51,658 bases of DNA from a virus (taxonomy: Duplodnaviria > Heunggongvirae > Uroviricota > Caudoviricetes). Shown here piece after piece: positions 1-9,099 of the stretch. Position 1 is the stretch's first letter; every line of letters starts with the position of its first letter. Under the pieces are notes generated by a model, which made no database searches, had not been told where the DNA came from, and saw nothing but the letters and a program-made list of their open reading frames with translations. Both the position numbers and the translations under genes were made by a program. The DNA lies in IMG/VR virus record IMGVR_UViG_3300035698_009402, positions 1 to 51,658 of that record. One strand, given 5' to 3'.

Positions 1-1059
1 AGAGAAAGAAACGGTGAAGCACCTTTAACTAAATCTGAAGTAACAAAATTACTAGAAAAAGTTGCTGTTGAAAATCCAAAAGAGTTGGCTAATAGAGTAG
101 CTGCAGTTAAGGATAATATATCAAGTACAGGAAGAAATACTAGATTAGCAATTGATAATGAATTTAGTAATAAATCTGATATTAATAGTATCAATAAAAA
201 CTCTCTTTCCGAAAGGTTAATTTCTTTAGATGATATAGCTACAAAAGAAAATGATATAACTAAACGTAAAAACGCTTCTATAGATAAAGTACGTAGACTA
301 GAGATTAAAGCAATAGATCTAAAAGATAAAGGACTAGATAGAGAGTTAGATAGAACTGAAGAATCTTTCGCAGAAAGAGCAGTAATACTACAAGAAGATC
401 ATGAAATACAAATTCAAAATTTAGAAGTACAAAAACAAGCGGCCAAAGAAGCGTCTAATGTATTCCAAAGTCTTGGAAAGGCATTAGGTACTGATCTTAA
501 GGGAGCTTTTAGTGACTTTTTTAATACAGTATTTACAGAAGTTATTCAAGGTAGCAAATCCGTAGGACAGGCTTTTAGAGATTTATTCGGTAATATTCTT
601 ACTAAATTTATTGAAACTATTACTGATCAATTAATAGTTGGTCCTTTAGCTAAATTAGCAGGAGAACTAGCTGGTAATGCAGGTAGTTTTATTTCAAGTT
701 TCTTTGCCAGTGGTGGTCCTGTTAAAGGGTTTGCTAGTGGTGGGGTAGTTGAAAGCTTCGCTAGCGGGGGTATGAAGAGAGATAGTGTACCTGCGATGTT
801 AGAACCCGGTGAATTTGTTATGAGAAAAAGAGCTGTACAGCAAATTGGTGTAGGTAGTTTACGTCAAATGAATGAAGGAAACGGTGGTGGAGGTCAATCT
901 GTCCCCATAATTAATATAATTAATAAAGGAACCCCTCAGGAAAACGAAGGCCAGCCTAAAGTTGAATTTGACGGTAAGCAAATGATAGTAGATATTTTTA
1001 CTACAGATATGAGAAATAATGGACCTATGAAAAAGAGTATACAAGGATTAAGAAGATAA
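1..1059 (+). CDS. Tail tape measure protein, C-terminal part (5'-truncated by window edge)
   Basis: Frame 1 is open from base 1. Helical Ala/Glu/Lys-rich sequence ends in the typical TMP C-terminal block FASGG.V...RDSVPAMLEPGEFVMRK, directly upstream of distal-tail/tail-tip genes. Confidence 0.85.
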   Translation, partial: RERNGEAPLTKSEVTKLLEKVAVENPKELANRVAAVKDNISSTGRNTRLAIDNEFSNKSDINSINKNSLSERLISLDDIATKENDITKRKNASIDKVRRLEIKAIDLKDKGLDRELDRTEESFAERAVILQEDHEIQIQNLEVQKQAAKEASNVFQSLGKALGTDLKGAFSDFFNTVFTEVIQGSKSVGQAFRDLFGNILTKFIETITDQLIVGPLAKLAGELAGNAGSFISSFFASGGPVKGFASGGVVESFASGGMKRDSVPAMLEPGEFVMRKRAVQQIGVGSLRQMNEGNGGGGQSVPIINIINKGTPQENEGQPKVEFDGKQMIVDIFTTDMRNNGPMKKSIQGLRR

Positions 1060-1100
1060 TGAGTAAAGAATTATTAATTAAAAAGGAAATTAAGAGATAA
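1059..1100 (+). CDS. Putative 13-aa mini-ORF (MSKELLIKKEIKR) bridging TMP and the next gene
   Basis: Its ATG overlaps the TMP stop (TAATG at 1057-1061) and its own stop overlaps the next ATG (TAATG at 1098-1102). Too short for the ORF track. Confidence 0.35.
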   Translation: MSKELLIKKEIKR

Positions 1101-2047
1101 TGGCAACGTACCCTGATGACGCTATTTGGAGCGCAGAAAATGTATTTACTACTATAAACAGTGTTGAATTTACGAGCACTGGCGCTACTACTGCGTTTAA
1201 TTTGGGTGCTTTTGCAGGAAGTGTTGGAGAAGTGTTTGCTATTGTTGATAGTATTGTGCAGCAAACTACTTCTTACACTTTATCTAATGGTGGAGGTACT
1301 GTTAATTTTTTAAGTGCGCCAGCAGCTAGTAATTTAACCTTAAGAACTTTAACAATTCCTGCTATATATCAAAAAAATCAAAGTGTAGATCAATTTTATA
1401 CTGTTAATTATACTAATACTGCAATAACTACTGTAGATAGTAATGTTTATATAATAAATGGCGTAATTACTGATTTTGCGTTACCAACAGAAGTGAATCC
1501 GTCTACTAAGAATGAAATATTTGTCTTAGTAGACGGAACTATTCAACCTAATAGTGCTTATACATGGCCTTCAGGTACCTTAGGAATTAATGGATTAGAC
1601 ATAGAACCTGCATTAGATAGTAATGCTAGCTTGGAAGTAAGAGTATTTAGTGCTTCTAGTGATTTTACTAGTAGAAAAGATAGTATGGCCGATAGAAAAC
1701 CTGACGTAGGGTTTAGTGTAGGAGTACAATTTGATAGTCTTAATTTTGAGAGTCAAGCAGGTTACACTAGTTATCGTTTAAGAAGTAGAAGACCTAAAAG
1801 AGATTATAGTCTTAGCTATACTAACATAACTGGTATAGAAAAAGCAGCTTTAGAAGATTTTTATTATGCTAGAAACGGTAAATTTGAATCTTTTACTTTC
1901 GATTTAGATCATATCAATGAATCTGGCACAGTAACTGTTAGATTTGATGGAGATAGTTTACTTTTTGGCCATAAAGGTATGAGAAGTAGTAATATGATAG
2001 ATAATTACTATGACGTTACAATTAACTTAAAGGAACATTTTATTTAA
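1100..2047 (+). CDS. Distal tail / minor tail protein (lambda gpM / DUF2460-like C-terminal domain) with two N-terminal repeat modules
   Basis: Lies right after TMP. The C-terminus FESQAGYTSYRLRSRRPKRDYSLSY...LEDFYYARNGKFESFTF resembles gpM/DUF2460-type Dit domains. Confidence 0.65.
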   Translation: MATYPDDAIWSAENVFTTINSVEFTSTGATTAFNLGAFAGSVGEVFAIVDSIVQQTTSYTLSNGGGTVNFLSAPAASNLTLRTLTIPAIYQKNQSVDQFYTVNYTNTAITTVDSNVYIINGVITDFALPTEVNPSTKNEIFVLVDGTIQPNSAYTWPSGTLGINGLDIEPALDSNASLEVRVFSASSDFTSRKDSMADRKPDVGFSVGVQFDSLNFESQAGYTSYRLRSRRPKRDYSLSYTNITGIEKAALEDFYYARNGKFESFTFDLDHINESGTVTVRFDGDSLLFGHKGMRSSNMIDNYYDVTINLKEHFI

Positions 2048-2048
2048 T

Positions 2049-3542
2049 ATGACAAGCAGAACTTATGATACCATACTAACTTTAGATAGCGTTGTAGGAT
2101 TTACACAAGGTAATAACATAGTAGGAATAGATACTTCTGCTGAAGGTATTATCGCTAATGTAAATATTCTTAACAACACTATAAAAGTTAAGTTAAATAA
2201 TACTTATCAACAGTTTGGTAATTCCGAACAAGTTCAAAGTACGGTAATTGCCTTAACTGTTGGGAGTGCTAATACTAATATACAACCTTTTGTACCTAGT
2301 ACATTCAATTCATCTACAGTTACTATAAGTGCTAATATTAGCAACACTGCCCCAAGCAACTACGTTGCTGAAAAGAACGCTTTTATTCAACAACCTTTAG
2401 TTCGTTTATATACTTTATATTACCCTGGAGAGTTCTACCCTCCTACTGTAGGAGATAACCCTAATGGGCCTGGGTTAGGATTAGCTTGGCCTGAAAGTAT
2501 TCCTTTTAGATTTGCAGAGGTTAGAGGGGATTTTTCTAGTGATGTAGGTTATAGAGTTACTTACGATGGAGTAGATTATACTCCTTATCCTGTAAATAGT
2601 GGTGGGATAGATATAAGTTCTGAAGGAGAAGTAGCAGAAACTACTATAACTTTATCTAATTTTGATAATGTTATAACTACCTTAGTAGAAGATCCATTTT
2701 TATTCGGTAATAATACTAGCAATAGTGTTACAGGTATAGTAAATGGAGAAACTTTAGGTAATATAGACCCAAGAACTAACCCTACTCACGTTAATTACGA
2801 CGCGACAGTAGCTTCTAGAAAAGGTGGAGATAATGTTGCTTGGAATTATTCAGATACTATAGCTTTTGGAGATACTTGGAAGCCTCTTAAGGGGGATACT
2901 AGAGATTTACTAGGTGGAGTAGTAGAAATTAAATCCACTTTTGCAACAATGATAGATTTCTGGCCTGAATATGGAATAGTAACTAGCGTAGCTAGTAACA
3001 GCGTTCAAATGACTAGTTCTTTACCATATAGAGTAGGAGATACCGTTAGAAGCAATGTAGATGCTCAAACATTTAGTGTACTAAACGTTTTTGATGATTT
3101 TGTAATCTTAGATAGCAATACTCCTAGCAGTAATATTTCTTCTGGAGATAGATTGTACATAATAAATGAAGATGCAGATACTGAAGCTTTTACTAAAGAT
3201 GTCTTTAAAATAGACAGTTTACAAGCATTAAATGAACAAGTAGGAATATTCAGCTTAACTAATTTCTTACAGTTTTTCAAGCTACAAGTACCTAAAAGAA
3301 AGTTTTTTAAGAACACATGTCAGTGGGTTTACAAAGGAGCTGAATGTCAATATCCAGATAATGGATCTGATACTATACCAGGAACTACTTTAACTGCTAA
3401 TGGTTTTTTTGATATTAATAATCAAACAGTATTTAGTGCAGAAGATGATGAATGTCCTAATAATAGACAAGCTTGTGCATTAAGAGGTAACCTTAGACAC
3501 TTTGGAGCTTTCAGCGGAACCGGTCGTACGATACCACGATAA
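2049..3542 (+). CDS. Minor tail tip protein, lambda gpL-like, probable Fe-S binding C-terminus
   Basis: YTPYPV and TITLSN motifs plus C-terminal KNTCQWVYKGAECQY...ECPNNRQAC...HFGAF with four Cys, as in the gpL family. Position between the M-like and K-like genes. Confidence 0.8.
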   Translation: MTSRTYDTILTLDSVVGFTQGNNIVGIDTSAEGIIANVNILNNTIKVKLNNTYQQFGNSEQVQSTVIALTVGSANTNIQPFVPSTFNSSTVTISANISNTAPSNYVAEKNAFIQQPLVRLYTLYYPGEFYPPTVGDNPNGPGLGLAWPESIPFRFAEVRGDFSSDVGYRVTYDGVDYTPYPVNSGGIDISSEGEVAETTITLSNFDNVITTLVEDPFLFGNNTSNSVTGIVNGETLGNIDPRTNPTHVNYDATVASRKGGDNVAWNYSDTIAFGDTWKPLKGDTRDLLGGVVEIKSTFATMIDFWPEYGIVTSVASNSVQMTSSLPYRVGDTVRSNVDAQTFSVLNVFDDFVILDSNTPSSNISSGDRLYIINEDADTEAFTKDVFKIDSLQALNEQVGIFSLTNFLQFFKLQVPKRKFFKNTCQWVYKGAECQYPDNGSDTIPGTTLTANGFFDINNQTVFSAEDDECPNNRQACALRGNLRHFGAFSGTGRTIPR

Positions 3543-3994
3543 TGAATATACCATATTACAATGAGAAATGGGGATTACCAATGGGTACTATTTTACAAAA
3601 TACTGTTCCTAAGTATCTAGGAATAAAACACGAATATGATGGAAATAATTGTTTATCTATAATTTTTGATTTTTATGAAAAAGAATTAGGAAAATCATTA
3701 AAAGATACTTTGTCCAGAGTAGATACAGATTTAAAGGTAGATAAGAAATGGTTTACCAAATTTACTACAAATGTTGTGTCAGAGGAATCTAAATATTTTA
3801 AACAAATAAGTTTGGTAGATTTACATAACTTTGATATACTAGTATTTAAAGATGGAAAAGGAAGAGTTAATCATTTCGGTATGTATGTAAATTCATTACA
3901 ATTTTTACATTTACCTGAAAATAGTTATTCTTCACTATCACCATTGGATGATTATTGGAGAAATAGACTATATGGATGTTACAGAAAAGTATAA
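3542..3994 (+). CDS. NlpC/P60 family peptidase (tail assembly, gpK C-terminal-like) #1
   Basis: YLGIKH...NNCLS (Cys), DILVF...NHFGMY (His), FLH (His): complete Cys-His-His triad. Confidence 0.8.
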   Translation: MNIPYYNEKWGLPMGTILQNTVPKYLGIKHEYDGNNCLSIIFDFYEKELGKSLKDTLSRVDTDLKVDKKWFTKFTTNVVSEESKYFKQISLVDLHNFDILVFKDGKGRVNHFGMYVNSLQFLHLPENSYSSLSPLDDYWRNRLYGCYRKV

Positions 3995-4424
3995 AAAATA
4001 CTGCAATAAAAAATATAAACATTTAGGTAATGATATTGTATTAGGAATAGATTGTGTTAATTTAGCATTATACGTATTGAAAAAAGAATTTAATATATCT
4101 CGAAATTATACTACTAAAGATTTTTGCACTATGGAAGGCAATTGGTATAATGACGTAGATAGCGTAAAAAATAATCCATTAGGTAATTTTAGTAACCTTG
4201 AAAACGGGTGGGTTCCTGTAAGTAAAGACAGTTTAAAAGAGGGTGATATTATTATTATAACCATAGGTAGTAGTAATATACCCAACCATTGTGCCTTATA
4301 TTTAGGAAATAATAAAATATTAATGATATTAGAAGGGAAGAGAAGTTATATTGGAACTTATGGAAGTACTTATAAACAATATACCAATCAGTGTTACAGA
4401 TGCAAAGAATTTATGAACAATTAA
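3972..4424 (+). CDS. NlpC/P60 family peptidase #2
   Basis: YKHLG...GIDCVNL (Cys), EGDIIII...PNHCALYLG (His). ATG 3972 chosen because GGAG lies upstream; the track start is 3948. Confidence 0.8.
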   Translation: MDVTEKYKKYCNKKYKHLGNDIVLGIDCVNLALYVLKKEFNISRNYTTKDFCTMEGNWYNDVDSVKNNPLGNFSNLENGWVPVSKDSLKEGDIIIITIGSSNIPNHCALYLGNNKILMILEGKRSYIGTYGSTYKQYTNQCYRCKEFMNN

Positions 4425-4789
4425 AAACAGATATGGGCATGCACGCTCAAAGTAGTTACCCTTTAGAGAGTTGTGGTATTATAACTAAAGATTTTAAATA
4501 TATAAAATGTGATAATGTATCTAGTGATCCTAAAAACAGTTTTATTTTAGATCCTTTAGCTCTATATAACTATGAAGATGATATATGGGGTATAGTACAT
4601 AGTCATCCAGGAGATGAAAATCCTATTCCTAGTGACGAAGATGCTCCTAGTACTGTATTTACAGAATTTAAATTCTTAGTAGGATTTGCAAATAAATACT
4701 TTATATATTGGAGACATACTAAATTAAATACTTTAATATACGAACCCTTTGAGGAAAAACATTTAAATGAAGACTATCCATTTTCATAA
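4400..4789 (+). CDS. JAB/MPN (Mov34) metalloprotease, gpK N-terminal-like
   Basis: YPLESCG (catalytic Glu) and IVHSHP...PSDED (HxH...SxxD) JAMM motif. Confidence 0.9.
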   Translation: MQRIYEQLKTDMGMHAQSSYPLESCGIITKDFKYIKCDNVSSDPKNSFILDPLALYNYEDDIWGIVHSHPGDENPIPSDEDAPSTVFTEFKFLVGFANKYFIYWRHTKLNTLIYEPFEEKHLNEDYPFS

Positions 4790-5456
4790 AAGTTTACGTC
4801 AGTATACTAATAATCATGAGTGTATAAATGTAGATGTAGTAACTTATTACGATTTAATAAAAGCTACTATGGATTTATTTAAAAAATTCAATGATCTTAT
4901 AGTTAGAATGGGTACTCATAATAATGCAGAATTAGCTTTAGTAGTTGATGGTAAATTGTTAAATATAGGCAATTTAATGATGCCTGCTACTGGAAAAGAG
5001 ATTAAATTAGTTCCTATTATTAAGGGTAGTGGTAGAATAGGTATGATAATAGCGGCTATAGCTATAGTTGCTTTAATTATCGTTACAGGGCAAGTAGAAT
5101 TATTACCTGCGTTAACGGTTATATCAGGGGCTACAGGTAGTATCGGTGCTGCTGCATTAGCAGGAGGTACTGTAATCAGTCTTACGACTATTGGACAGTT
5201 AGCTTTAGGGATTGCAGCTAGTTTATTTTTATCTGCCTTGCAACCAGCTCCTAAGCCTCCTAGATTTGAAACTTCTACAGGAGGGTTTCGCAGAGATAAT
5301 GATGCATTTGGATCATTAACTAATACAGTTGATAGTTCTATATCAGTACCTTTAAATTATGGAGAAATTCGAACTGCAGGACATCTTTTAAGTGGGTTTG
5401 TTAAAACCATAGATCACGGAAAAGAAGATATAATAGAAGTATCGGATCAATTTTAA
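4767..5456 (+). CDS. Tail assembly protein I-like (ubiquitin-like N-domain) paralog 1
   Basis: Ubl-like N-terminus ending LVPIIKG-SG, then a hydrophobic Gly/Ala-rich segment, then C-terminal VPLNYGEIRTAG, matching lambda gpI architecture (IVPRVAG...LPVLYGE). Confidence 0.85.
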   Translation: MKTIHFHKSLRQYTNNHECINVDVVTYYDLIKATMDLFKKFNDLIVRMGTHNNAELALVVDGKLLNIGNLMMPATGKEIKLVPIIKGSGRIGMIIAAIAIVALIIVTGQVELLPALTVISGATGSIGAAALAGGTVISLTTIGQLALGIAASLFLSALQPAPKPPRFETSTGGFRRDNDAFGSLTNTVDSSISVPLNYGEIRTAGHLLSGFVKTIDHGKEDIIEVSDQF

Positions 5457-6179
5457 ATGAGAGTAAAAATACATTTTCACAAATTAATTCAACCTTATAC
5501 TAGAGATTTACCTTCTATAGAAATAGAGGTAGATGATTTACATAGTATTTCGTTTGCTATAAATACTTATTTCCCTGAATTAATACAACATTTTATAAAT
5601 GAATCTACATTAGTAGAAAATAAAACTCATAATGACTTTTTATTAATACTGGATAAAGATAAAAAAATGCTTAATGAAAGTAGAATGTTAAGAAATAATT
5701 TAAAGCCTAATGAAGATGAATTTTATATTCTTCCTTGTATATGTGGAAATGGTAACGGTAAATCTGCTATATTAATAGGTGCGCTAGTATTAGCTACAGC
5801 ATTTTTTGCTATACCTGCTATAGCAGGGGCAGGGGCAGGAGCTATAGGAAGTCTTAGTGGTTTTAGTAGTGTATTATCTTCTGGGTCAGTATTGGGATTT
5901 TTAGGTAAAGCTGTAGTAGGGTTTGGGCTAAATCTTATATTAGGTGGAATACTTAGTTTAATTAACAAACCCCCTGAATTAGGTAATCAAGAAACAGATT
6001 CCGATAGTAGAAATAATGACAGCTTCGGTCCTTTAGTGAACAGTACTGATAGTAGTAATTTAATACCTTTAAATTATGGAGAAATAAGAGTAGCCGGACA
6101 GTTGTTGAGTGGATTTTTAAAAACAATAGACCACGGTAAAGAGGATATAATAAACGTAAATGACCAGTTTAGCGCATAA
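5457..6179 (+). CDS. Tail assembly protein I-like paralog 2
   Basis: Same architecture: ILPCICG-NG, hydrophobic segment, IPLNYGEIRVAG...KTIDHGKEDII, nearly identical to the paralog 1 C-terminus. Confidence 0.85.
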   Translation: MRVKIHFHKLIQPYTRDLPSIEIEVDDLHSISFAINTYFPELIQHFINESTLVENKTHNDFLLILDKDKKMLNESRMLRNNLKPNEDEFYILPCICGNGNGKSAILIGALVLATAFFAIPAIAGAGAGAIGSLSGFSSVLSSGSVLGFLGKAVVGFGLNLILGGILSLINKPPELGNQETDSDSRNNDSFGPLVNSTDSSNLIPLNYGEIRVAGQLLSGFLKTIDHGKEDIINVNDQFSA

Positions 6180-9099
6180 ATATTACCTTAATATAAAAAA
6201 CAAGCAAGTTCCGTTAATATACGGAGGAAAAGGTTGTTTTGTAGCAGGAACTTTAATAAAGACTCCTACAGGGTATAAAAAAATTCAGGATATTAAAAAA
6301 GGAGATTTAGTATCTTCTTTTAATTCCGACGGTGTTGTTACTTCTAATAAAGTAACAACTACTTTTATGCATAGAGGAATTCAAGATACTATAAAATTTA
6401 CTTTATGGAATAAACAAGTTATAGAAGTTACTCCTAATCATTGGATGTTAACTCCCGATAATAAATTTATGGATGCATGTATGTTCGATGAAGGAGATTG
6501 TTTAGTAGATATTTTTGGCAATTTCGTATCTATAGTAAAAAAGGAAATTAAAAAAGCTAGAATAACCTTTAATTTAACTGTTGAAAATAATCACACATAT
6601 ATAGCTAACGATATATTAGTACATAACAAAGGTGGAAATAAAGGAGCAGCTACGGGGGGCGTAGAAAGCCCTAATAGTCTATTTTCTACTGATATATTAT
6701 TCTTAACTATAGGGTTAGGAGAAGGTCCTGTATATAGAGTTAATCCTAATGGTCCTCAAGATATAGAATTTAATGAAAGTAATATTGATGATTTTATAAC
6801 TGTTGACGGTGTAGAAGATACTGAATTTCTAAAAACTTTAGTTAATACTGGTACCTTAAGTCAGGACCCTCTTGAGGTCTTCGGAGATGAAGTTGCAGTA
6901 CCACAATCATTTTCCAGTCCTATAAGTTTAAAAAACGGAAACGTAGAAGGAATACCAGAAAACAAGGTATTTCTACAAAACACTAGTGTTGCAGAAGTTC
7001 ATAGATTAAGATTCAATTTTGTACTTGGAGGATTATTACAAGTTAATGATAAAGGAGATATATTTGCTACGTCTGTAAGCGTAAAGGTAGATATATTCGA
7101 TAGAACAGGCACAACTTTATTACTTACTAAAGAATCTACTATAGAAGGAAAGACCAATACAGATTATAGATTTCAGTTAGACTTAACTATTCCGGAAGAA
7201 GATAGATCCGTCAGTGGTCATAAATTTACTATTACTAAAACTAGTTTAGATAGTGAAGATAGTAGAAATAGAGACGACGTTCAAGTAATTGGTTGGGATG
7301 AAATAACCAATGATGATGTATCTTATATAAAAACAGCAGTTATCGGGTATGCAGTAAAAGCTAGTTCGGACTTCAGAGGCGGAATACCTACTATTACTAC
7401 TTTAGAAAAAGGATTAATAGTAAAAACACCTAGTAATTATAATCAACCTATATTAGAAAATGGTGAAATTGATTGGAGAGAGTTAGAAGTAGTAGATGAT
7501 GATGGAGCCTCAGATACTAATAGCTATCAATCTGCAGGATATAGATTACAAAATTCAGGTAGTACAATATTAACTGCCGATGAACCTGAAATATATAAAG
7601 GTATATGGGATGGAAGTTTTACATTTAGTTGGACTCAAAATCCCGTGTGGATATTATATGATTTATTAACCAATACTGTTCACGGATTAGGCATTCCCGA
7701 AGAAAACATTGATAAATATAAGTTTTATAAAGTATCTCAGTATTGTGACGCAGTTGATAGTGCTACAGGTAAATTTGTAGGAGTTAGAGGGTATGCTGAT
7801 GGAACTTTTAGACATAAGCCTTTAGGAACTTTGACCGGCGTTAGAAATGTATTAATAGGTTTAAATGAAGGTATTGAAGTATTAAATAGAAGATTTACCT
7901 GTAATGTAACCATCAGCTCTCAGGAACAAGCTTTTCAGACTATACAAAAAATTGCTAGTGTATTTAGAGGAATATTATTCTATAGTGGTGGTAAGATTAG
8001 CTTAAACGTAGATATGCCTGATGAATTACCAGTAGCTACTTTTTCGGAAGCTAATATAGAAAAAGATAGTATAAGTATTTCTGGTATAAGAGAGAGTGAA
8101 ATCATAACTGGAGTAGAAATAGCTTACATAGAGCCTAATAATCACTTTAGAAGAGAATTAGTGCGAATTAATGATCCAGATCTATTAAGAGAACAAAATC
8201 ATATAGAAAACGTAGCTACAGTAGAAGCTACCGGATGTACAAGACGAAGCCAGGCAATCAGATTTGGACAATATTTTCTAGCAAATAATAAATATGTTAG
8301 AAGAAAAGTAACTTTTAGAACAAATATAGCAGGAATAAATTTAAGTGTAGGTGATGTTATAAGCGTATCTAACAGAATGCCGGGCACTGCTTGGGGTTAT
8401 GCTGGTAGAGTTGCTAGTAATGCTACGGTTAGTACTAATAACGTATTTTTAGAGCATTTTACAAGTCCTGCAATATCAGAATCTACTTTTTCAAGCAATA
8501 CTAATCCTTTAGCATTAAGATTAGTTAACTTACAAAGCGATAAAATAGATTTGTTTATTTTAGATAATAACTATACTACTGCTGCTAGCGGTAATGCGGC
8601 CAATGGTATAGATCTAATAGAAGTTCAGACTAGTCTAAAATTTGATGATGCTACTAAAACATTTGGTAGTAGTAATGTAGCTTTTAATATTCATAATACA
8701 CCTATAAAAGGTGATTTATGGACTTTAGGGGAAATAGACCCTACTAATTACTTAAGCAATCTAGGTGATAAACTATTTAAAATTACTAATATACAAAGAG
8801 ATGAAGATGAGAAAATTAATATAGCAGCTAGTGAGTATATATCTAATGTATATACAGATAGTGATAGTTTAATTAACTATGTACCTGTTAAATACACTGA
8901 TATTATTAGTCCGTTAGTTAAACCTCCTTCACCTATCTTAAGATTGAGCAATCAGCCAAAAAGGCAAGAAGATGGTAGTATAGGATATGATATTCACGTA
9001 TCTGCTACTACAGATACTTCTAGTTATCCTATTCAGATTACTACTGAAATAGAATACGCTCAATCTTCCGAGTTTAGAGAAATAGAAGAAATATTATAA
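6160..9099 (+). CDS. Central tail/host-specificity protein J-like, N-terminal part, with Hint domain
   Basis: GLGEGPV, WTQNPVWILYDLLTN, YCD, CTRRSQAIRFGQY and VGDVISV motifs typical of gpJ-like tail tip proteins. Confidence 0.9.
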   Translation: MTSLAHKYYLNIKNKQVPLIYGGKGCFVAGTLIKTPTGYKKIQDIKKGDLVSSFNSDGVVTSNKVTTTFMHRGIQDTIKFTLWNKQVIEVTPNHWMLTPDNKFMDACMFDEGDCLVDIFGNFVSIVKKEIKKARITFNLTVENNHTYIANDILVHNKGGNKGAATGGVESPNSLFSTDILFLTIGLGEGPVYRVNPNGPQDIEFNESNIDDFITVDGVEDTEFLKTLVNTGTLSQDPLEVFGDEVAVPQSFSSPISLKNGNVEGIPENKVFLQNTSVAEVHRLRFNFVLGGLLQVNDKGDIFATSVSVKVDIFDRTGTTLLLTKESTIEGKTNTDYRFQLDLTIPEEDRSVSGHKFTITKTSLDSEDSRNRDDVQVIGWDEITNDDVSYIKTAVIGYAVKASSDFRGGIPTITTLEKGLIVKTPSNYNQPILENGEIDWRELEVVDDDGASDTNSYQSAGYRLQNSGSTILTADEPEIYKGIWDGSFTFSWTQNPVWILYDLLTNTVHGLGIPEENIDKYKFYKVSQYCDAVDSATGKFVGVRGYADGTFRHKPLGTLTGVRNVLIGLNEGIEVLNRRFTCNVTISSQEQAFQTIQKIASVFRGILFYSGGKISLNVDMPDELPVATFSEANIEKDSISISGIRESEIITGVEIAYIEPNNHFRRELVRINDPDLLREQNHIENVATVEATGCTRRSQAIRFGQYFLANNKYVRRKVTFRTNIAGINLSVGDVISVSNRMPGTAWGYAGRVASNATVSTNNVFLEHFTSPAISESTFSSNTNPLALRLVNLQSDKIDLFILDNNYTTAASGNAANGIDLIEVQTSLKFDDATKTFGSSNVAFNIHNTPIKGDLWTLGEIDPTNYLSNLGDKLFKITNIQRDEDEKINIAASEYISNVYTDSDSLINYVPVKYTDIISPLVKPPSPILRLSNQPKRQEDGSIGYDIHVSATTDTSSYPIQITTEIEYAQSSEFREIEEIL
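6235..6627 (+). other. Hint (intein-like/BIL) domain, 131 aa, no homing endonuclease
   Basis: Begins CFVAGTLI (block A, Cys1), has VTPNHWML (TxxH block B), and ends FNLTVENNHTYIANDILVHN. The +1 residue is Lys, not Cys/Ser/Thr. Confidence 0.9.

Noticed and set aside
700-775. Triple FASGG repeat in the TMP C-terminus
   Set aside because: A short local duplication of a motif common in tape-measure C-termini; no evidence of special function.
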